Shown: positions 58,418 through 64,000 of the stretch, piece after piece
Position numbering within the stretch: position 1 is the stretch's first letter
How the letters are laid out: each line of letters begins with the position of its first letter
Source of the DNA: a virus
Lineage: Duplodnaviria > Heunggongvirae > Uroviricota > Caudoviricetes
Reading direction: 5' to 3' (one strand)
DNA: 64,000 nt
Virus record (IMG/VR): IMGVR_UViG_2718218304_000001
Location: 32,001-96,000 of that record
The notes under the pieces: generated by a model
What the model saw: the letters and a program-made list of their open reading frames with translations, nothing else
Told to the model about the DNA's origin: nothing
The model's database searches: none
Made by a program: the position numbers and the translations under genes

Positions 58418-58633
58418 TCATTTTAACGCTCCTGATTCTACTAATTGCTGTAGCAATACTTTCCCTTTATCAGTTAACTGGTAGTTGGCCGAACACCACG
58501 TTTCAGAAACGTTTGCAACCAACCCTAACCGCTCTAACTTAGCTCGCGTTTTAGGCTTCCAGTACTCAGGGAACTCCGGCCACTTACTTATTTCATGAAG
58601 CGTTTCTTTCTCCCGTTTACTTAATACGATCAT
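58418..58633 (-). CDS. hypothetical small protein
   Basis: ORF track; stop/start overlap with the ligase gene. Confidence 0.3.
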   Translation of the reverse strand: MIVLSKREKETLHEISKWPEFPEYWKPKTRAKLERLGLVANVSETWCSANYQLTDKGKVLLQQLVESGALK

Positions 58634-59952
58634 TCTTTATCTCCGATTCGATCTTCGGTATCGCGTAAGCAACGCGGCCATTTCAGTCGTGGGTGGCGTA
58701 AGCTGCCATCCGGCGTTTTCTCGTGACAATGAACCTCGACAATACGACCACGGTACTTCTCTTTGTTGTTCCAGATCTCGTCCAGATATTTATGCTTAAT
58801 GCCGCTCGCACGAACAATCACACCGTTTTCAAGGCGAATAACAATTTTTCCAAGCGTGTTGGCAAAACCAGAGTCCGGGTCGCCAGGCTCAAAGTCGATA
58901 ATTTCACCATCTTCTGAATCTTCGTCTTTTAACTTCCACCAGCTGCGGGTACGTTTAAACTCGTAAACAGAGTTCGGATCTTTGCCCATCTCCCCTTCTT
59001 CGTTATCGTCCAGGCGTTTCATGAAGCGTTCGATGAAGTCTTCGTGGCTATGGATGATGTAGAACGGATGAAGGTGGATATCTTGCGCATAATCTTCCAC
59101 GCAAGTGTTGCGGAACAACGCCACCAGCATAGCCAGGCGCTCTTTCAGCTTCATACCGGTCTTCAGGTACTCTTTGCTTTTTGCTTGAGCACGCCACTCC
59201 GGTAAGAAGAAATCGAAAATGTGGTAAACGGCACCAATGGCTTTCACGTTCTTCTTACGAAGCGCCGACACTGACTGGTTGAATGTACCTGCAGTGCCCT
59301 CTCCATCGAAGAAGATGTGATTGAAGCCGGAGAGTCTGCCCCGCTCCAGCATGGCTGGTTTAAGGTGATCGAGTGACGTAATCGGATTGCCGGTGCGCGT
59401 CAGGAAATTGACCTCACCCTCGTCCACGATGACTTCGCAGATAACCCGGAGACCATCGAGTTTGAGACTGCCGATCATTGGCCACTTGGCCTTTGGATTT
59501 GGTTTAAATGGGTATTTGTCGCCTTTCTCCTTGTACGGAGACGCCAGCTGTACCTCAAACTTCGGAATTGGGTTTTTGAACACCTTGTTGCACAGGCTGA
59601 TGCCGACACCGGCTTTCGGATCTTTCAGCAGGAAGCGACGAAACACGTCCTGCCCGTCAGCGCACATCGAGGCAACGAGTGATTCGACAGCAGCAATAGC
59701 GATGTTCCCGGTCAGTTCGCGCGCTGCCAGCTTCTCCAGCAGATCTACTACCTTCTGGTCGCTGGGTACGGAAGTATCGAGTGGCTCGGCCACTTTGTAC
59801 TTCTTCACACCGAATCGAATGAATGGATTGAGCATTAGCGAGACCATGCTCTGTTCAAATTCATCCAGATTGGCCAGCGCCTCTTTCTTGGCGTTGGTTC
59901 CCATCGTTTTAATAGCATCCAGCTTGTGCTTTAGGGCGATCAGTTTTTCCAT
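58630..59952 (-). CDS. ATP-dependent DNA ligase
   Basis: Adenylation motif I KLDGLR (SLKLDGLRV) in a 440-aa protein. Confidence 0.8.
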   Translation of the reverse strand: MEKLIALKHKLDAIKTMGTNAKKEALANLDEFEQSMVSLMLNPFIRFGVKKYKVAEPLDTSVPSDQKVVDLLEKLAARELTGNIAIAAVESLVASMCADGQDVFRRFLLKDPKAGVGISLCNKVFKNPIPKFEVQLASPYKEKGDKYPFKPNPKAKWPMIGSLKLDGLRVICEVIVDEGEVNFLTRTGNPITSLDHLKPAMLERGRLSGFNHIFFDGEGTAGTFNQSVSALRKKNVKAIGAVYHIFDFFLPEWRAQAKSKEYLKTGMKLKERLAMLVALFRNTCVEDYAQDIHLHPFYIIHSHEDFIERFMKRLDDNEEGEMGKDPNSVYEFKRTRSWWKLKDEDSEDGEIIDFEPGDPDSGFANTLGKIVIRLENGVIVRASGIKHKYLDEIWNNKEKYRGRIVEVHCHEKTPDGSLRHPRLKWPRCLRDTEDRIGDKE

Positions 59953-59958
59953 TAGTGT

Positions 59959-60462
59959 TTAACCTCCATCGGTCGCTCGGGAGTTTTCATGTGTTTTCTT
60001 TGGTTGCTTCTTCAATGAGTGCCGCGTACACGTCAGTGATCGACGCCAGTGAATCGGTGGGCTTGGTTTCGGATTTAGCAGGTTCTGTTTTCTTCGTGCG
60101 ATGAATAAGACTGTCAATTGTCGCGGAGTTTCGCTTCCGGGGGGCGTTCTGGCATGGTCGTTTTGCTCTTCCACTTCTTTGATAAGTGAAGACATATCGA
60201 TGAAGTAGAGCTGTTCGCCTTTGCGGATCTCTTCGACCATCATTTTCAGTGCCTGACATTTACCAGCAGCAATAGCCGCAGCACAGGACTGGAACGATGT
60301 AGCCGGGAGACGTTTTTCTTTATAGGCGAGGATCGTGTGTTGGCAGACTGTATAGCTGCAATGAGCCTCATGGCCGTTGAGCTTCACTTCCGGGCAGCGC
60401 AGCGAATAACCGTTGTTTCCGGAGATAGACGGGATTTTCGACAAATCTGTTCTTGTGGACAT
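59959..60462 (-). pseudogene. Cys/His-rich hypothetical gene with a frame break at a C6 homopolymer
   Basis: The N-terminal ~105 aa look protein-like, then the frame turns into a Pro/Arg-rich tail; a +1 shift at the G6 run 60139..60144 (C6 on the coding strand) joins a well-formed C-terminus ending at 59987. Confidence 0.35.
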
Positions 60463-60542
60463 GCTTCTAACCGTAATCTTGTACTTACTTATTAATCGCA
60501 GTTTAAAGAAGCCCCACGAGGGGCTAAATGTTTTATCGAGGC

Positions 60543-61355
60543 TTACCAGGTCGCCCAGCCAGTCATTTTGTCCTGAGCAGCTTCGAACCGGTATGGGTCC
60601 AGTAAATCGTTGGCATGGTGGACGGCGTAGGATTTGGCTTCTTGTTTAATCATGGGTAATTCGTTGGCCAGACGAGCCACTTGCCCTGCAAAACTGGCGA
60701 GTACTCCGTCACATGCCTGACCCGCGTCGACAATGATGCGCACCAGGTCTAAGTCGCTGCGGCACATATCGCAGATAATGCCGTATTCCACCTCACGAAT
60801 GCGCTCAACGGCTTTTTTGATATCGCCACTGACCACCAATTCCAGCAAACCAGGTGGAGTTGTCAGATCTGTTACGCGCTCGGTAACTTCAGACTGTTCG
60901 ACAATACTCAGGAACGCCGCGATGGACGGGTCATCCGCCACACCAGCTCTGACTTTGAGCGTGCGAAGAGTTGCGTCGACAATATCCTCAAACCGTTCAC
61001 CTTCATCGCACACAGTCTGATTGGTGTAGACAGTCTGATTAGTGTAGACAATGCGACCGTCGTACCATGCACCGGTACTCACTTCGACCGTTGCGTCTTT
61101 CATCTCGCGAGAGAACGCCACAAGTGCCGCGCGTTTCTGCTTAACACCTGGCAACTCCGGGGACTCTCCAAAACGAACCCAGACCTGCATGTATTTCGAG
61201 CCTTCCGAAAGAGGTGCGGCGCTCACGGACGTGGCGATATGCTCCAGCGCAGTTTGGATCGCCTCGTCGATAATCTTCTGGCGCTCTTCTGTATCAATTT
61301 CTACGCCGGATTTGTCGATGATGTCGCAGACTAACTTCTGAAATTCTTCTTTCAT
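60543..61355 (-). CDS. hypothetical protein containing an 18-bp tandem duplication (VYTNQT x2)
   Basis: ORF track; tandem repeat read at 61013..61048. Confidence 0.4.
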   Translation of the reverse strand: MKEEFQKLVCDIIDKSGVEIDTEERQKIIDEAIQTALEHIATSVSAAPLSEGSKYMQVWVRFGESPELPGVKQKRAALVAFSREMKDATVEVSTGAWYDGRIVYTNQTVYTNQTVCDEGERFEDIVDATLRTLKVRAGVADDPSIAAFLSIVEQSEVTERVTDLTTPPGLLELVVSGDIKKAVERIREVEYGIICDMCRSDLDLVRIIVDAGQACDGVLASFAGQVARLANELPMIKQEAKSYAVHHANDLLDPYRFEAAQDKMTGWATW

Positions 61356-61449
61356 AGCAACTCCTGACTAACAGATGAAAGTATTCTTTCAGAAAAATAA
61401 GTAAGTATCTACTTATTATATCGGGCGCAATAGTCTGCTATACGAAGAA

Positions 61450-61830
61450 GCCAGGCGTAAAAACCACTCGGATGCACATCCAGCACCCGACAAAGCAGTC
61501 GGACAGGCCAGCAATGGGTGTTGTCACGGATAAAGGCGTACCTCAGTCGGACAGCTTTGCGAAGTACGCCGCGCTTTTTTTAATATGTCCCGTTCGTCGG
61601 TAACCCGCTTCAGCTCTTTCTGGAGACGGCGGATCTCGGCCTGAGCATCTGACTGTTCTTTATTAGTGGAAGAATCCGGACCGTACTTCTTTATCCAGGA
61701 GTAAAGGCTGTGGGTGGTGATATCGAGACGTGTTGCAACGCTGGCAACAGAATAACCGCGATCAACAACCTGTTTGACTGCTTCAATTTTTAAACTCTTC
61801 GGGATAACGCTTACCGCTCATGGGCACCTC
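61450..61830 (-). mobile_element. IS3-family insertion sequence remnant (orfA frameshifted, orfB cut after ~40 codons)
   Basis: Minus strand encodes MSGKRYPEEFK then a frame break at an A5 run, continuing IEAVKQVVDRGYSVASVATRL...RRLQKELKRVTDERDILKK; an A7G slippery-type heptamer; orfB-like RYAFIRDNTHCWPVRLLCRVLDVHPSGFYAW ends near 61445. Confidence 0.55.
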
Positions 61831-62027
61831 TCTTTAAGTCATCTTAAATGACTCTGAGGTGTCTATTAAACCTGTGGCGATTCAATACACTAAATCAATA
61901 AGTTGGTAGCATTACCGATGAATTTGACAATTTAAACTAAAAAATAAACTACGAAGTAATTTTAATGTTATGTTTCCATATACATGGTATACTGTCCCCA
62001 TGAATATCCAGACAGTTGGTTACAGCG

Positions 62028-63013
62028 CCTGCTGGGCAAAAAAACCATGGAAAACGAGCTGCTGAAAGAAGCCGTTGAATATGGCCGACAAAAAAAGTGG
62101 ATAGCGCACGTGCCCTTGTTGCCGGAGGATGGTGAATGAGCCTTGTCAGTCGTTGCCTCCGGGTCTCACGTGCGCAACTGCATGCCATGGCCCGTCGGTC
62201 GAAGGGCTGGCAGGATCGTCGGTGCAAGCGCAAGCCTGATGATACTGAAGCGCTGGCTCGTATCCATACCGTTATCGACGATCTGCCCACCTATGGTTAT
62301 CGTCGTGTATGGGTACTGCTGCGCAGACAATCAGAAACTGACGACATGGCGGTGATCAATGCCAAACGCGTATACCGCATCATGCGTCAGAATGCGCTGC
62401 TGCTTGAGCGTAAACCGGCAATACCGCCCTCGAAGCGGGCGCATAGAGGGAAAGTGGCCGTTGGAGAAAGTAACCAGCGGTGGTGCTCCGACGGCTTCGG
62501 GTTCAGCTGTGATAACGGTGAAAAACTGCGGATCACGTTCGCGCTGGACTGTTGCGAGCGCGAGGCACTTCACTGGGCAGCAAGTACCGGTGGATATGAC
62601 AGTGAAACCGTGCAGGACGTCATGCTGGGTGCAGTAGAGCGTCGCTTCGGTAACAGGCTGCCGACATCCCCCGTTGAGTGGCTGACAGACAACGGTTCAG
62701 CCTACCGTTCTCATCAGACGCGTCAGTTCGCCAGAATGGTAGGACTGGAGCCAAAACATACGGCGGTACGTAGTCCAGAAAGCAACGGAATGGCGGAGAG
62801 CTTCGTGAAAACGATGAAGCGCGACTACATCAGTATCATGCCAAAACCTGACGGGTTAACAGCGGCAAAGAACCTTGCGGAGGCCTTCGAACATTACAAC
62901 GAATGGCATCCGCACAGTGCACTGGGATATCGTTCTCCACGGGAATATCTGCGGCGGCGAACCAGTAATGGGTTAAGCGATAAAAAGTGTCTGGAAATAT
63001 AGGGGCCAATCCA
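62028..63013 (+). mobile_element. IS2-like insertion sequence, 5'-truncated
   Basis: Only the last ~36 codons of the orfA equivalent remain ([24 protein letters not shown]...); full orfB; right end TGGATTGGCCCCTATATTTCCAGACA matches the IS2 terminal repeat as I recall it. Confidence 0.75.
62136..63002 (+). CDS. insD: IS2-type transposase OrfB (DDE)
   Basis: 288 aa, highly similar to IS2 InsD from memory (NQRWCSDGF...LTDNGS...[15 protein letters not shown]). Confidence 0.8.
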   Translation: MSLVSRCLRVSRAQLHAMARRSKGWQDRRCKRKPDDTEALARIHTVIDDLPTYGYRRVWVLLRRQSETDDMAVINAKRVYRIMRQNALLLERKPAIPPSKRAHRGKVAVGESNQRWCSDGFGFSCDNGEKLRITFALDCCEREALHWAASTGGYDSETVQDVMLGAVERRFGNRLPTSPVEWLTDNGSAYRSHQTRQFARMVGLEPKHTAVRSPESNGMAESFVKTMKRDYISIMPKPDGLTAAKNLAEAFEHYNEWHPHSALGYRSPREYLRRRTSNGLSDKKCLEI

Positions 63014-63143
63014 CATGGAAATGTTTTTGATTAAAATAAAAAATATTCTTTTATATTGCTCTATCATTTTTATTTTTAGTAATTTATTAGCAAGAGATTG
63101 CGATCTCTTTTTTAGTTAAAGCAAATTAGTTAAGGATTAGTCT

Positions 63144-63695
63144 ATGAAACGTTCAATTATTGCGGCTACTGTATTAGCATCTCTTTTTATGAGCGCAGGA
63201 TCATTTGCAGCAGAAGGGAGTACAGAGGGTCAGTTAACTATTAACGGTAAAGTCACAGAGACTACATGTCAGTTCCTGAGCGGTAGTGAGAATACAACAA
63301 TTTCGATGAGCGAAATTGGTCGTGATCAATTTGAAAATGTAGAAGTTGGCTCCCCCGTTACCACTTATTCAAATACAACATCTTTACCACTAAAAGTTAA
63401 ATGTCCCGGAGAAAAAAAACCAAGAATTACCTTCTCCAGCACCCAATTTGAAGGAACGGGTTCAAATGTTACTCGCAATACTGGTGATGCTAGCGGTGTC
63501 GGTTTCGCTGTTTTTTTGGGGAAAGGTACTGATTCTAGCAAGCGGATTTCTGGTAATAGTCCTATTGAGTTAACATCAGCTACTAATAATGGTGAATATG
63601 AGTTGCATTTTACGGCGCAATACGCAAAAGCAGCTGATGATGTGAGTACTGGCGAAGTTAGTTCTGCGATAACAATGACCGTTGTAACAGATTAA
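63144..63695 (+). CDS. yehD: fimbrial major subunit (YehD-like, chaperone-usher pilin)
   Basis: Signal peptide MKRSIIAATVLASLFMSAGSFA and a pilin-like C-terminus; position matches the yeh operon next to mrp-metG in E. coli K-12. Confidence 0.6.
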   Translation: MKRSIIAATVLASLFMSAGSFAAEGSTEGQLTINGKVTETTCQFLSGSENTTISMSEIGRDQFENVEVGSPVTTYSNTTSLPLKVKCPGEKKPRITFSSTQFEGTGSNVTRNTGDASGVGFAVFLGKGTDSSKRISGNSPIELTSATNNGEYELHFTAQYAKAADDVSTGEVSSAITMTVVTD

Positions 63696-63750
63696 CATGA
63701 TGTTTATCGGCGGCTTCGGTCGCCGATTTTCAATCGCAAGGATTGTTATC

Positions 63751-64000
63751 ATGAAAAAATTAATAGCCTTCTTACTAACCGTAACGGTCCCATCTGCGTG
63801 GGGCGGTGTCTATATTTACGGCACTCGCGTTATTTATCCGGAACAGAAAAAAGAGATTGCAGTTCAGTTAATGAATGAAGGTGAGCGTAGTGCTCTTGTT
63901 CAGTCGTGGATTGATGATGGCGATGCCAGCCTTCCTCCGGAAAAGATTAGTGTACCTTTTGTGCTGACTCCACCGGTAGTTCATGTTAGTAAGGGTGAAG
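63751..64000 (+). CDS. yehC: periplasmic fimbrial chaperone (PapD-like, YehC-like), 3'-partial at window end
   Basis: MKKLIAFLLTVTVPSAWGGVYIYGTRVIYPEQKKEIAVQLMNEG is a PapD-like N-terminus; runs off the window. Confidence 0.6.
   Translation, partial: MKKLIAFLLTVTVPSAWGGVYIYGTRVIYPEQKKEIAVQLMNEGERSALVQSWIDDGDASLPPEKISVPFVLTPPVVHVSKGE

Noticed and set aside
7403-61450. T5-like lytic phage genome, suggested by the RNase H, DHFR, ThyA, NrdAB, SbcCD-like, flap endonuclease and tRNA set
   Set aside because: The polymerase is DnaE-type rather than family A, there is an iteron Rep replicon and a tyrosine recombinase, and the region is flanked by chromosomal genes.

Overview
The window is an Escherichia-type chromosomal backbone (metG on the minus strand, apbC/mrp on the plus strand, yehD/yehC-like fimbrial genes at the right edge) interrupted by a ~54 kb accessory element (about 7.4-61.4 kb), bounded on the right by two decayed IS copies (a frameshifted, truncated IS3-family remnant and a 5'-truncated IS2-like copy). 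The element carries an EcoR124I-like type IC restriction-modification operon (hsdM-hsdS-hsdR) and a long, almost uniformly minus-strand array of DNA-replication, recombination and nucleotide-metabolism genes: DnaE-type polymerase, DnaQ-like exonuclease, a RecA-like recombinase interrupted by an intein with a LAGLIDADG homing endonuclease, gp32-like SSB, flap endonuclease, RuvC-like resolvase, SbcCD-like nuclease, ATP-dependent ligase, NrdAB, a long ThyA, DHFR, MazG-like, P-loop kinase, RNase H, Dam-like methyltransferase, glutaredoxin and a CobS/CobT-like AAA+/vWA pair. It also has a P1-style plasmid replicon (Rep gene flanked by iteron arrays), a tyrosine recombinase next to a perfect lox-like 13-7-13 palindrome, and a four-tRNA cluster with embedded hairpin repeats. 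No capsid, tail or terminase genes are seen in the window. The gene content resembles, from memory only, the replication arm of SSU5/pHCM2-type phage-plasmids. The 4 kb left of metG holds small acidic ORFs, a 22-bp repeat array and an ~0.85 kb strand-skewed ORF-free region, and shares a regulatory motif with the element. I could not assign any single locus as a named novel system; the strongest candidates are the intein, the lox-like recombination module, two recurrent palindromic motif families, two ORF-free structured regions and several operons of unknowns next to the R-M system. All calls are from reading the sequence and ORF track; no searches were run.
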